Positions 22,501-32,869 of a DNA stretch of 64,000 nucleotides are shown here, in pieces (position 1 is the stretch's first letter; every line of letters starts with the position of its first letter). The notes beneath the pieces were generated by a model. The model did no database searches, was not told the origin of the DNA, and saw nothing but the letters and a program-made list of their open reading frames with translations. The position numbers and the translations under genes are program-made. The DNA comes from Terriglobia bacterium (GTDB lineage Bacteria; Acidobacteriota; Terriglobia; Terriglobales; Acidobacteriaceae): assembly GCA_020073645.1 (NCBI GenBank), contig JAIQET010000020.1, positions 457 through 64,456 of the forward strand, in the 5' to 3' direction.

Positions 22501-22595
22501 GGGTTTTGCGCCAGGGCTGGGATGGCCAACTGCGAAACTAAAGCCACAATTAAACAGAGAAAGAACCGGAGAGTGACTGCTCGATGAAATGGCAT
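19506..22595 (-). CDS. TonB-dependent-receptor-like outer membrane protein with N-terminal carboxypeptidase-regulatory-like domain
   Basis: Signal peptide, then a CarboxypepD_reg-like Ig domain (GEVQDGSGGRVSSAKIVV...GAYHVAV) and a plug-like segment. A long beta-barrel follows, ending in an aromatic residue (VRVTF). Confidence 0.85.
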   Translation of the reverse strand: MPFHRAVTLRFFLCLIVALVSQLAIPALAQNPRGALRGEVQDGSGGRVSSAKIVVRAKGSDLMRDALTNARGEFRIEGLLPGAYHVAVNAKGFADADADVDVVVSTVRDLSVTLKPQAVTQTISVQGVASSITAEPIDTASAVHQGAVTANDLDTIPLAHRSFANIAYLVPGTEPVEPSDPTKARITAVSFGGSSGLNVDLSVDGADNSDDYIGGFLQNFSPDAIQEFAVRTSQEDADTGRTVGGSVVITTKHGTNTWHGSGAFYGRAASLNARYPIDNPPPAPKQPFSRQNYIGTLGGPIKQDKLWFFSSLEYVHENASVAYSPDSLSEFNALASLASQGLIMGFNLEGQPRGVSSIAAPNNVRVPFRDALGMLRFDWSQSLKSQWFARAAIDNYTTNNDLVQQATLPSTGATSGSNYLNLVVSNTYAFSPTWLGSFTFGASYLHHTESRNSNLGFALAFPFSSTFQTISGFETFGDNQFATPITAFPVLRNQEKYQFRYDVSHASGRHAPKFGINFIHEPVLSGALSGTEEALIQYPNNPSFYATNPSQFYFDPTCLSPVPDPNIACTATPAGDGTFSQNLQRLGLYAQDSWRVTSHLTVNYGLRYDTTFGLFTGSGRNQLQNPAYLTLKALQIPLINSAPHDYRSQFGPRLGIVYSPGRSENTVIRAGIGIYYNDLAQNGWVGAFQAVNAAPGPCTDPTNPGVDNSGCIPGANFGGQGAIIDPHYKTPYALHASAGIQHALNEHWTLSADWTHENGVHAYRAYPFAGGASLFTPLPLPDGTEQADFVPNVDVYKTDNRSRYDAMTIRLQGNMSRLNLTAHYTLATAKTWGCNVGELFDYVNGVCDPLNAFAPGDYGPSGEDVRHRFVLAGIVHAPLGFELSTLTQIESARPFTLGDGDNRAVINGVKTTLDQFRGTPFAQVDLRVARPIKVGDRWSVVPFVEFLNLFNRNNPSNNYVADVAALGVPADQIGGNITDLCGNADCTTLIPITSLNQLRKPAGALGDFFGPGTTVGIPFAAQLGVRVTF

Positions 22596-22830
22596 ATTTG
22601 TTAGTGTGGGACGGTAAGCGACAAGACAGCCGCCGACGCCCGCGGCGGTTGCTCAAAACTTGCCTGTGATCCTTTAAGGAGGATCCTTAGCCGAATCGCG
22701 TTTTAGCCTAGCCATGCGGCGGTCCTACTACCAGAGTTCGTAGATCGCGGGATGTGGACTTTTGTCTCCTTGTGATTCCCTCCGTGGTCCGGTAGCATGC
22801 CGTGTCTTCATCTCTGCCGGGGAGCCCCGG

Positions 22831-22854
22831 TTGACATATACAATTCAGTGTCAA
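22831..22854. promoter_or_regulatory. candidate BlaI-type operator / -35 element
   Basis: Dyad TTGACA-N12-TGTCAA lies 11 nt upstream of the blaI-like ATG. The function is inferred. Confidence 0.35.
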
Positions 22855-22865
22855 GTGAGTGGTGC

Positions 22866-23294
22866 ATGAACAGGGTTTTTCGCTTGCTGCGACCTTCGCC
22901 GCAAGTTCAACTCGGCCCGCTTGAGGGACAACTGCTGGAGGCGCTGTGGCAGTGCGGCAGCGCCACCGTCCGCGAATTGCTCGACCACGGCGATCTCAAA
23001 CTCGCCTACACCACGGTGATGACCACGCTGGACCGGCTTTACAAGAAGCAACTGCTGGACCGTGTCGCCGAAGGCAGAGCCTTTCGCTATTCCCCGCGCT
23101 ATACCCCGGCAGAGTTGCAGCAGGCCGCCGCCAGCGCGGCCATTCGCCAGCTACTCGGCTCTGACACAGCTTCGTCGCTTCCCCTGTCGTATCTGGTGGA
23201 GGCCGTCGGCGAGCATGACGCGCAGTTGCTTGATGAGCTGCAGCAGCTGGTGGAGCGCAAGCGTCGCGAACTGCGAGGCAAGGAGAAGCACTGA
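22866..23294 (+). CDS. BlaI/MecI/CopY-family transcriptional repressor
   Basis: Winged-helix N-terminal domain pattern (LGPLEGQLLEALWQCGSATVRELL...YTTVMTTLDRLYKKQLL). Its stop overlaps the start of the downstream M56 peptidase gene (ATGA). Confidence 0.85.
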   Translation: MNRVFRLLRPSPQVQLGPLEGQLLEALWQCGSATVRELLDHGDLKLAYTTVMTTLDRLYKKQLLDRVAEGRAFRYSPRYTPAELQQAAASAAIRQLLGSDTASSLPLSYLVEAVGEHDAQLLDELQQLVERKRRELRGKEKH

Positions 23295-24238
23295 TGTTTG
23301 CCGTCCGCGGTATCGGAGTGTCGCTCGCCGTATTCGCGCTGCTCTATCTCGCTGTCTCCTTTGCGGTCTCGTATGCGTGGAAGTTCGCGCAACGGTTGTG
23401 CGGGCGTCTGTCCGCCCAGCGTACCGCAGACACTCTGTTCGCCCTACGCATGTTGCCGTTGGCCGTGGCCTCAGCGGTGACGCTGGCCTACACCGTGCCA
23501 TCCTTTCTCTTGCTCGAACCGGCGGCCGCCGATGAGCCGGTTGGTGTCCCCCTGCTGGCGCTAGGTATTGGCTGTCTCGGGCTGCTGGGAGCGGGGATCG
23601 CACGCGCCGTCATCGCGCAGCGGAAGACCTCGGTGGCGCTGGCCGCCTGGTTGAACGGAGCGCGGGTGATTGACTCGGGCGCGGCCGTCCCGGTTTTCCA
23701 GACCGGCAAGGATGCGCCCACGCTGACCGTCGCCGGGGTGTGCGCACCCCAGGTGTTGATCTCGGAAACCGCCCTGGCCGTCCTCACCGAGCAGGAATTG
23801 CGGACCGCTTTGCGCCACGAGATCGCCCACGTGCGGCGTTACGACAATTTGAAGAAGCTGCTATTCCGGGTTTCGATATTTCCGGGCATGAAGCGCCTGG
23901 AAACGGCCTGGTCGGAAGCCTCCGAGTTGGCGGCCGACGATGCCGCCGTATCCAGCTTCCCGGACGCGCTGGACCTGGCCGCTGCCCTGATCAAGCTTTC
24001 CCGCTTTGCCCCGGTCCAATCCGCCGCCCTTGCCACCGGGCTGTTGCACACCTCGGTGGGATCGTTGAGCCTGCGCATTGAGCGCCTGTTCGCCTGGAAC
24101 AGTCGCCCCACCGCGGAGGGCCGCTGGCGGCGGTGGTATGCCGTCCCGGCCGCCGTAGCCACCGTGATTTGCATGGTCTCGACCTACGGCGTCGCACTCT
24201 CGGGCATGCACGAGCTCACGGAGTGGCTGGTGCGGTAG
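23294..24238 (+). CDS. BlaR1-like M56-family membrane metalloprotease (sensor/anti-repressor), no extracellular sensor domain
   Basis: TM helices and zinc motif LRHEIAHVRRYD (HExxH). Translationally coupled to the blaI-like gene. Confidence 0.8.
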   Translation: MFAVRGIGVSLAVFALLYLAVSFAVSYAWKFAQRLCGRLSAQRTADTLFALRMLPLAVASAVTLAYTVPSFLLLEPAAADEPVGVPLLALGIGCLGLLGAGIARAVIAQRKTSVALAAWLNGARVIDSGAAVPVFQTGKDAPTLTVAGVCAPQVLISETALAVLTEQELRTALRHEIAHVRRYDNLKKLLFRVSIFPGMKRLETAWSEASELAADDAAVSSFPDALDLAAALIKLSRFAPVQSAALATGLLHTSVGSLSLRIERLFAWNSRPTAEGRWRRWYAVPAAVATVICMVSTYGVALSGMHELTEWLVR

Positions 24239-24255
24239 GCCTGGCGAGATCCGTT

Positions 24256-25290
24256 CTAATCGTTATCCACGTCCGGTTCGTTGGGATTCGGCGGCGGCGT
24301 GTCGTATTTGTCAAAGTAGGTCTCGTTCACTGTGGCCTGGGAGAGTTTCTGGATCTGGGCGATGGCCTCGGTGGTTCCCTGGTTCTGCATACTGACCTGC
24401 ACCTGCTCGCGCACGCTGTCGAATGACGGCGTCTGCTTGGATACCAGCTTATAAATGTAGTAACCGGTATTGTCGGTCAGCAGGGATGAAATCTTGCCTG
24501 GAGCGAGATCGAATATCTCATTCTGCGCTTTAGGCAAACTGCCTCTTCCAACATTGTCCATGTTGACGTTGGGCTCGCTCTTGATGCCGGCCGCGGCGAA
24601 AACCTCCTTTTGCAGCGCCGCGAAGTCCTCGCCTGCTACCGCGCGCGTATGCATACCCTCGGCCAGAGCCTTCATGGCAGCCTCGGTTGACGGGCTGTCG
24701 CCCTTGGCCGCATCCTCCAGCGACATCGCCTCGCCCTGTTTCTCCTTGGGGATGAAAAGGCGCTGGAAGGTGTAAATGTCGAATGTGGCTTTGTGGCTGT
24801 GGTAGTACTTTTCTACCTGCTCGGGTGAGGCGCTGACCTGGTCGCGGTATATCTCTTTCGAAACCGCGCTAGCCAGGGCTGTGACGCTCGCGTAGCGCAC
24901 CAGCGCCCGCACGCGAGGCTCTTTGTCCAGGCCCTTTCGGATGGCCTCCTGCGACAGAGCCAGCAGTTGACCGTAGTTCCGCGCCAGATCGTGGCGGTCT
25001 TTCTTGAGCATCTTCGGATCGAGGGCCGCAACCAGGCCTTCAAACTCGGTGCGGGTCACGATAATCGGGCAACTCGACTTCGCCCCGGACTTGCCGCCCG
25101 TTTTGCCAGCCGGGCAGACTCCCTGAACGGTAATGACTGGATAATTCCTTGGCAAGGTGCTGGTCAGGGGCAACGGCGTGGTCGTATAAGACGTGTCCGG
25201 TTGGGTTTCCTGTGCAGCGGACCAAAGCGGCACCCCCAGCGTCAGTGAACCTAGAAGCAGGAAAGTGAGGACAGAAGGCTTGAGTGACAT
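24256..25290 (-). CDS. secreted peptidyl-prolyl isomerase / SurA-PpiD-like chaperone
   Basis: Start taken at MSLKPSVLTFLLLGSLTLGVPLWSAAQ (ATG 25290). SurA_N-like and parvulin-like layout. Confidence 0.65.
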   Translation of the reverse strand: MSLKPSVLTFLLLGSLTLGVPLWSAAQETQPDTSYTTTPLPLTSTLPRNYPVITVQGVCPAGKTGGKSGAKSSCPIIVTRTEFEGLVAALDPKMLKKDRHDLARNYGQLLALSQEAIRKGLDKEPRVRALVRYASVTALASAVSKEIYRDQVSASPEQVEKYYHSHKATFDIYTFQRLFIPKEKQGEAMSLEDAAKGDSPSTEAAMKALAEGMHTRAVAGEDFAALQKEVFAAAGIKSEPNVNMDNVGRGSLPKAQNEIFDLAPGKISSLLTDNTGYYIYKLVSKQTPSFDSVREQVQVSMQNQGTTEAIAQIQKLSQATVNETYFDKYDTPPPNPNEPDVDND

Positions 25291-25428
25291 GGTTATCCCT
25301 GATCTCCGATGTTGAACTCGAGTTGGTGTGAGACTGCTATCGCGACGTTCACTCCAGCTTGGCGTTGCAGGGAGGGCGACGGCAGCCAAGGCATTCTAGC
25401 AGAGCCCAACTACCACCGGCAGGAGGCC

Positions 25429-25463
25429 ACAAAAAACCAGGGCGCCGCATCGCGGCGCCCTGG
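25429..25463 (-). terminator. Rho-independent terminator
   Basis: 12-bp stem CCAGGGCGCCGC/GCGGCGCCCTGG with a 3-nt loop, followed on the minus strand by TTTTTTGT. It lies 22 nt after the stop of the 25485-27083 gene. Confidence 0.85.
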
Positions 25464-25484
25464 GCTGAATAGTTCTTTCCCGCC

Positions 25485-27083
25485 TCAATGGCAGTTATTG
25501 AACTTGAAGCTGTTGATGCGGGTGCTCCACTTAAACCCACCCGTCGTCTTGATGTATTCCTGCGTGTAGAAGAACGTGCAATCATCCGTCGGGTCGATGG
25601 ACATATCGCTGTAGTCGCCCCAGCGGTTCTGAGTGGCGGTCTGCACGCCGGTTCCCTTAATCACCACCTTGGGTCCTTCCATCATTCCCAGAGCGTCGGT
25701 GGGAATGCGCCCGGTGTAAATCACGCTGGGATCGAGGTTGGTGGCAGCAGAACCACTGAATCCCAGAGCGATATCACCGGCCTTGTCCATGGCGATGCTC
25801 GGCATCCACAGGCTGAATTTGCTGTGTTGGAAGGTGCCCGACTGGAACACGGTAAAGACGCCGCTGCCCACGGAGGTGGAGCGCAGCTCGTACCAGCGAG
25901 TCGCCGCCGTGGCCGTGGAGCCGGTTCCAGGCTTCACGGTGTGCGTGAGTACGATCGCCTCATGGTCACCGAAGTTGCGGTAAGCGAATCGGTACATGAG
26001 CCGGTTACCCAGCGAGTCCAGTTTTTCACCTGGAGAAGGCTGCGGAACGCAGGACCGGTTGGTTCCGTTGGCGCAGATCTCCGAAAAAGTGGGAACCGAG
26101 ATGGTTACCGGGCCGGTAAACGTGGAGTTCGTCGGGGTCACGAAGTCCACATGGAACTGGTAGATGTTGATCTGGTTGGTGGTGTTCCCCAGGTTGAAGT
26201 AGTAGTTGGGCGAGCCCGTGGGTGGAGCGGTGGCTCCATCCCAATCAGATGGGAATACCTCAAGTTGGCCGCTCTTGGTAAAGCACTGCATGGTAGCTGC
26301 ACTGCCGGCGAGAATCTTGGCCCGATCTGCGGCGCATGCCTGGGATCCAGTTTCGGACACGCCGTTCAGGAAGTTCCGGTAGCCCTGGTAGTAGGCATCC
26401 GGCCATATTCCCCACTTGGGATAGTCCGGGAAGTTGGTGGAACCAAGGTTGAACGCATAGCGGTTGTACGTGCCGGTCGCGTCCGACGTGGTCGAGACCG
26501 CCACGCATGCCATGTACGGCGGGGAGAACACGTTCTGAGCCACGAACCAGCGCTGCGCCTGCTTGTCGAAGATAACGATTGGATCACCGCTGTTGTTGGT
26601 CTGGCAGGACCCGCCAAAGCCGGACCAGAAAGCGTTACCAGCTATGGGGCCTAGAATCTTGGTACCCGTGGTCTTGTCGTAGACGTTGTACTCGATATTG
26701 ACCCACTGCACGTACTGCGTGGTTCCCACCGAGCCTTCGGTATCCGGCGGCGCCAGGCCATCCGCACCCTGGCCGTCGAAATTCAGCAGGTTGGTGGTCG
26801 AAACGTCGGGCAGCACCGCGGTTTGTGCCACTGGATCGGGTACATTACTCACCATTGGACGTCCAGGGGCGCCCGTCAGGTTGGGAACGATCCTCTGCGC
26901 GCGACTATCGGGCAGCGGAGTCAACCTCGCCATGTCCCGCAGCGGCAAAGAAATGTCGTGCTTGACTTCCGGGATGACCCGCACCCCTGTCAATCTCTCC
27001 TGGGCAAAGGTCGGAAGTACCAATAAGAACAGACATGCTAACAACAGCAGGCTGAGCAATCTGGGCAAGCGCGTACTTTGCAT
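25485..27083 (-). CDS. secreted hypothetical protein (possibly beta-propeller-like)
   Basis: Clear signal peptide (LLLLACLFLLVLPTFAQ) and a 532-aa ORF with ordinary amino-acid composition. A terminator follows. No motif was recognised with confidence. Confidence 0.7.
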   Translation of the reverse strand: MQSTRLPRLLSLLLLACLFLLVLPTFAQERLTGVRVIPEVKHDISLPLRDMARLTPLPDSRAQRIVPNLTGAPGRPMVSNVPDPVAQTAVLPDVSTTNLLNFDGQGADGLAPPDTEGSVGTTQYVQWVNIEYNVYDKTTGTKILGPIAGNAFWSGFGGSCQTNNSGDPIVIFDKQAQRWFVAQNVFSPPYMACVAVSTTSDATGTYNRYAFNLGSTNFPDYPKWGIWPDAYYQGYRNFLNGVSETGSQACAADRAKILAGSAATMQCFTKSGQLEVFPSDWDGATAPPTGSPNYYFNLGNTTNQINIYQFHVDFVTPTNSTFTGPVTISVPTFSEICANGTNRSCVPQPSPGEKLDSLGNRLMYRFAYRNFGDHEAIVLTHTVKPGTGSTATAATRWYELRSTSVGSGVFTVFQSGTFQHSKFSLWMPSIAMDKAGDIALGFSGSAATNLDPSVIYTGRIPTDALGMMEGPKVVIKGTGVQTATQNRWGDYSDMSIDPTDDCTFFYTQEYIKTTGGFKWSTRINSFKFNNCH

Positions 27084-27463
27084 GCATCCTCCTCAGGGTT
27101 TAGGAAAACGGTGGAGCGAAAGAGGTATTTCGAGACCAACGGCCCCTCGCGAACACAATCCCTCGACGCACCGGATTCGGAATCGACAACAATGGTTCAG
27201 TGATGGCGTACTCTAACGGGAAACTCGGAGGATTCTGCCTGGGCGTTCCAAATCCACCGGCTAGAGCGCGAACTACTATGCGCTACAGTACTAGTCGTGT
27301 CAATGGAGTCCTTTTACTCACAGGCGGATACGCGGCATGCAGGTTTTCGCAGCCGAGATGTTCTTGGCCGGGATCGTCATTCATGGTGTCGGCAGTCTGG
27401 ATGCCAGGCAGGGCGGGCCGGAGCGGCACCGCGCAGAAGGTAGGTGGTGTTCTGGCGGCAGGT

Positions 27464-28774
<1,311 letters not shown>

Positions 28775-28850
28775 TTAGCAATTAGCACTTGGCAATTAGC
28801 CAAAGCTCCTCTTTGCGCCCTTTGCGGCCTGCTTAGCGTCCTTTGCGGTC
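28775..28850. repeat. tandem short-word tract (TTAGCAA-type heptamer x4, then CTTTGCGG x3) in the purL-purF spacer
   Basis: TTAGCAATTAGCACTTGGCAATTAGCCAA...CTTTGCGCC CTTTGCGGCC...CCTTTGCGGTC. It directly abuts the purF start codon. Confidence 0.7.
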
Positions 28851-28889
28851 AAAGGCTTCGGAATTCGCCATCGGCAATCGAAAGTCGGG

Positions 28890-31211
28890 CTAATCCGCCG
28901 CCACCGTCGCCGGTTCGGTCCGCAAAGCCGCTTCGAGCGCGTTCTCGTACACCTCGCGCAGCTCAGACACGCCTGCCGACACCGCTACCCGGCCATCCAA
29001 CTTGATTTCCATCTGTTCGGGAGCGGTCTCGCCCAGCATGTCCAACGAGAGGCCGTATTTTACCCCTATTTGTTGGATTCCGGAGAGATTACTGTGGTCG
29101 CACGAGATCACGATCCGGCTGGCATCCTCGCCGAAGAGGGCAAACTCGGGCGGCAACCCTTGGGAAGCCACATCCACTCTCATTCCAATGCCCTTGGGGA
29201 ACGCCGCCTCGGCCAGGGCGACCGCCAACCCGCCTTCGGAGCAGTCGTGGGCGGAGTCCAGCAGACCCGCCTGAATCATCTCAATCACCGCCTTCTGCAG
29301 GGCGGCTTCGCGCTCCAGTTCCAGTTCCGGCGGATAGCCCCACACCGTGCCCAGAACCTCTTTGGCGTACTCGGATGAGCCGAACTCCGATTCGACATCG
29401 GTAACGTCACCCGGCTCGGTGGCGCGTAGCAGGACAATCGCATGCCCCGTCTCGCGGAAATGCGGCAGGATCGCTTTGTGCACGTCGTCGAGAATTCCCA
29501 CCACGCCCACGACCGGCGTCGGATAAATTCCCTCACCCAAGGTCTCGTTGTAGAAGCTGACGTTGCCGCCGGTGATGGGGACCTCGAGTTCTTCGCAGGC
29601 CCTGGTCATGCCATCAATCACTTGCGAGAACTGCCACATGATGTGCGCTTTCTCCGGGTTGCCAAAGTTCAGGCAATTGGTCGCTCCCACCGGGGTGGCT
29701 CCGGCGCAGGCGACATTGCGCGCGGCCTCGGCAACGGCGTGCATGGCGCCCAGCCGCGGATCGAGATAGCACCAGCGTCCGTTGCCGTCGAGCGCCATCG
29801 CCAGCCCCCGCTGCGAACCCTTGATGCGAATCACGCCGGCATCGCCCGCGCCCGGGCTCTCCACCGTGTTGGTCTGCACCATGTGGTCGTATTGCTGCCA
29901 CACCCAGCGCTTGCCGCAGATGTTAGGGCTGGCGAGGAGCAGCTTCAGATTGCCGGTTAGGTCGCCCGGCTCGGCGAGCCTGATGTTCTCCGGCATCTCG
30001 CGCGGTACCGGCGGTTCCCAGCGCTCCAGAGGCCGCTTGTACAACGGCGCATCGTCAGTGAGCGCTTCGTTGGGGATTTCGGCGACAACCTGCCCGTGTT
30101 GCTTGACCCGCATCTTGCCGTCAGTAGTGACGCGTCCGACTTCTACCGCGTCCAGCCCCCACTTCTGGAATACGCGGAAGACTTCTTCCTCGCGGCCTTT
30201 TTGCGCCACCAGCAGCATGCGCTCCTGCGATTCGCTGAGCATGATCTCGTACGGAGTCATGCCGGTTTCGCGCTGGGGCACGCGATCCAGTTCAATCTCG
30301 ATTCCGACATGCCCGCGTCCGCCCATCTCGCACGTGGAGCAGGTGAGCCCAGCCGCGCCCATGTCCTGAATGCCCACAATGGCCCCGGTCTGCATGGCTT
30401 CGAGGCAGGCCTCGAGCAAAAGCTTCTCCAGAAACGGATCGCCCACTTGCACGTTGGGACGCTTGGCTTCCGAAGCTTCGCTGAATTCTTCACTGGCCAT
30501 GGTGGCCCCGTGAATGCCGTCGCGCCCGGTTTTCGAGCCAACGTAGATCACCGGGTTCCCTTCACCCGCGGCACGGGCATAGAAAATTTGGTCCCGCCGC
30601 ACCAGGCCAAGGGCAAACGCATTCACCAGCGGGTTGCCGGAGTAGCAGGGCTCGAACTTGGTCTCGCCCCCGAGGTTGGGGACTCCGAAGCAGTTGCCAT
30701 ATGAGGCAATCCCGCTGACCACGCCCTCCAAGACGGAATGATTCTTGTGAATCTCTGCTTGCGCGGGCGAGTCGCCCGCGCCCACACGGGCAGTGATCGG
30801 CCCGAAGCGCAGCGAGTCCATGATCGCCACCGGCCGCGCGCCCATGGTGAAAATGTCCCGCAGAATTCCGCCAACCCCGGTAGCCGCGCCCTGGAAAGGC
30901 TCAATAAATGAGGGATGATTGTGTGACTCGATCTTGAAGGCGCAGGCCCAGCCTTCCCCGATGTCAATGATACCCGCGTTCTCGCCTGGGCCCTGCACCA
31001 CCCGCCGGCTGCGCGTCGGGAGGCGCTTGAGATGGACGCGGGAAGACTTGTAGGAGCAATGCTCGCTCCACATCACGCTGAAGATGCCCAACTCCGTGAT
31101 GGTCGGCTCGCGCCCGCCCAGCAGTTGCTTGATTTTCTCGTATTCTTCCGGCGTAAGGCCGTGCTCACGGATGAGTTCGGAAGTAATGGCAGCAGTGGCG
31201 ACAGTGTTCAT
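28890..31211 (-). CDS. purL: phosphoribosylformylglycinamidine synthase subunit PurL
   Basis: 773 aa with the duplicated AIR-synthase-like domain pattern ([33 protein letters not shown]). Confidence 0.95.
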   Translation of the reverse strand: MNTVATAAITSELIREHGLTPEEYEKIKQLLGGREPTITELGIFSVMWSEHCSYKSSRVHLKRLPTRSRRVVQGPGENAGIIDIGEGWACAFKIESHNHPSFIEPFQGAATGVGGILRDIFTMGARPVAIMDSLRFGPITARVGAGDSPAQAEIHKNHSVLEGVVSGIASYGNCFGVPNLGGETKFEPCYSGNPLVNAFALGLVRRDQIFYARAAGEGNPVIYVGSKTGRDGIHGATMASEEFSEASEAKRPNVQVGDPFLEKLLLEACLEAMQTGAIVGIQDMGAAGLTCSTCEMGGRGHVGIEIELDRVPQRETGMTPYEIMLSESQERMLLVAQKGREEEVFRVFQKWGLDAVEVGRVTTDGKMRVKQHGQVVAEIPNEALTDDAPLYKRPLERWEPPVPREMPENIRLAEPGDLTGNLKLLLASPNICGKRWVWQQYDHMVQTNTVESPGAGDAGVIRIKGSQRGLAMALDGNGRWCYLDPRLGAMHAVAEAARNVACAGATPVGATNCLNFGNPEKAHIMWQFSQVIDGMTRACEELEVPITGGNVSFYNETLGEGIYPTPVVGVVGILDDVHKAILPHFRETGHAIVLLRATEPGDVTDVESEFGSSEYAKEVLGTVWGYPPELELEREAALQKAVIEMIQAGLLDSAHDCSEGGLAVALAEAAFPKGIGMRVDVASQGLPPEFALFGEDASRIVISCDHSNLSGIQQIGVKYGLSLDMLGETAPEQMEIKLDGRVAVSAGVSELREVYENALEAALRTEPATVAAD

Positions 31212-31296
31212 GGGGAAGTCCTATTTTCGCACGTTGGGGGGCGGAGGGGTAGGAGAGTGTTTGGCGCTACTGGCGCCCCGTAACCGGTGCATAACC

Positions 31297-31437
31297 TCAC
31301 GAGCTCCGGATCGGCCCCGGATACTGCGCCACCGTCGAATCGATGGTCAGCAGCGTAATGCCTTCCACCATGGCCTGGGCAACGAGTATCCGGTCTATTG
31401 GGTCGCGGTAAAATGGTGATATAGTCCGTATCCGCAC
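31297..31437 (-). pseudogene. 3' remnant (~45 codons) of a PIN-domain (VapC-like) toxin gene
   Basis: The C-terminal pattern FYRDPIDRILVAQAMVEGITLLTIDSTVAQY matches the H/RDPFDR-LIAQA...T.D motif of PIN toxins. There is no N-terminal PIN part, and the rest of the 212-aa ORF is antisense to the next gene. Confidence 0.6.
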
Positions 31438-31470
31438 GTGAGTCGGTAAGCAGCATCTTGGAGTCGAATC

Positions 31471-32736
31471 ATGTGTTGCAGCTCCTTTGGTCACAGTGTC
31501 CGCTACATTCTGGCATCCGTGTTTTTCCTTTTCTTGGTCAGCGGGTCTTGGGCACAAACTGTCAAGGTCATATACAGCTTCGCCGGTGGGGCAGACGGCG
31601 AGTACCCCGACACCGATCTCGTGGTGGACCTGACCGGCAACGTCTATGGCACCACGGTGCTGGGCGGCGCCTATGGCGGCGGTACGGTGTTCATGTTGTC
31701 GCCCAACGGCAGCGGCGGGTGGACGCACACGGTTCTCTATAATTTCACGTCTGGAGCTGATGGAGGCCAGCCATATAAGGGCGTAACTTGTGACTACCCC
31801 GAGTGCGCGTTCTCCGTGACTAGGCTGTATGGCGCAACGGTAACAGGGGGCACCGGCAGCGCTTGCGAGGGCGGCTGAGGTGTTGTCTACGAACTCTCGA
31901 ACAACGGTGGGGTGTGGACCGAAGCCGTCCTGCATAACTTTGCCGGTGGCAAAGATGGCTCAGGCCCGGGAAATAGCGTCGTCGCCGGCCTGGCGGGCAA
32001 TTTATACGGCATGACGCCAACCGGCGGTACTTACGGATTGGGCACAATCTATCAAGTTCGCGGGGGTGACTTCCGAGTGCTTCACGAGTTCACCGGCGGT
32101 GCGGACGGCGCACCCGGGTTGACCGATCGATTGTTCTACACATATGACAAAGCCCACCTGCTGGGAGTAACCACCGCGGGTGGTGCGAACGGAGCCGGCA
32201 CTGCGTTTGAACTTGATTCGGTATCGGGAGCCAAGGGTCAGTGGACCTTTAACACGCTTTATAGTTTTGCGGGAACGCCGAACTCCGGATTCCCGTACAG
32301 TGCGATCATCTTTGATCCAAAAAAGAACATCTACGGCACGACGTACTACGGCGGGGCAAATAATCTCGGGTCCGTGTACCAACTTCACGGCACTCAGGTT
32401 GGGTATCGGGAAAAAGTGCTTTACAGCTTCACCGGTGGCACTGACGGCAACAGGCCCCTCGGCAATCTTGTAGACGACTTCCTGGGAGGGAGTCTGTACG
32501 GCACTACCAGCGCAGGCGGTACGGCGAACGCAGGCACGATATTCAAGCTGACCCCGAATGGTGACGGCACATGGAGTGAGAGCGTCGTGTACAGCTTTCA
32601 GGGAAGCCCAGACGCCGCACTGCCCTACACCGGGATGGTGGGGGCCAGTCCGGGTATCGTCAATAGCACCTACTACGGAGCAACGGTGTCGGGTGGCACC
32701 TACAACCAGGGCGCAATTTATCAGCTTGTACCGTAA
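31471..32736 (+). CDS. secreted tandem-repeat protein (Gloeo_Verruco/GloVer-type repeat, 7 units) interrupted by one in-frame TGA at 31876-31878
   Basis: ORFs 31471-31878 and 31879-32736 share one frame and the same ~55-aa repeat (LYSF.GG.DG..P......GNLYGTT..GG....GT[VI][FY].L). An N-terminal signal peptide is present. The TGA could be Sec, read-through or a nonsense mutation; this is unresolved. Confidence 0.7.
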
Positions 32737-32869
32737 CAAGCGCGGCCGCAGGCGAACGCCGGCATTCCTTACTCCGGTAATCCTAAACACGATGTGCGCC
32801 GGAGGCGAGTCGACCGACTCATTGCTGCCTGAAAGATCGTGTCTGCATCTCTAGTATCATTCTCCTCCC

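Noticed and set aside
31438-31935. N-terminal ~165 codons of the 212-aa minus-strand ORF 31297-31935
   Set aside because: Only the C-terminal ~45 residues look PIN-like. The remainder is antisense to the repeat-protein gene and has no PIN N-terminal motifs, so the feature is called a remnant rather than a gene.
32737-32869. Search for tRNA-Sec (selC) or selA next to selB; also looked at 34772-34876 and 31212-31296
   Set aside because: No ~95-nt cloverleaf with a UCA anticodon loop (CTTCAAA-like) and long acceptor stem could be found. These spacers appear to be plain intergenic sequence.
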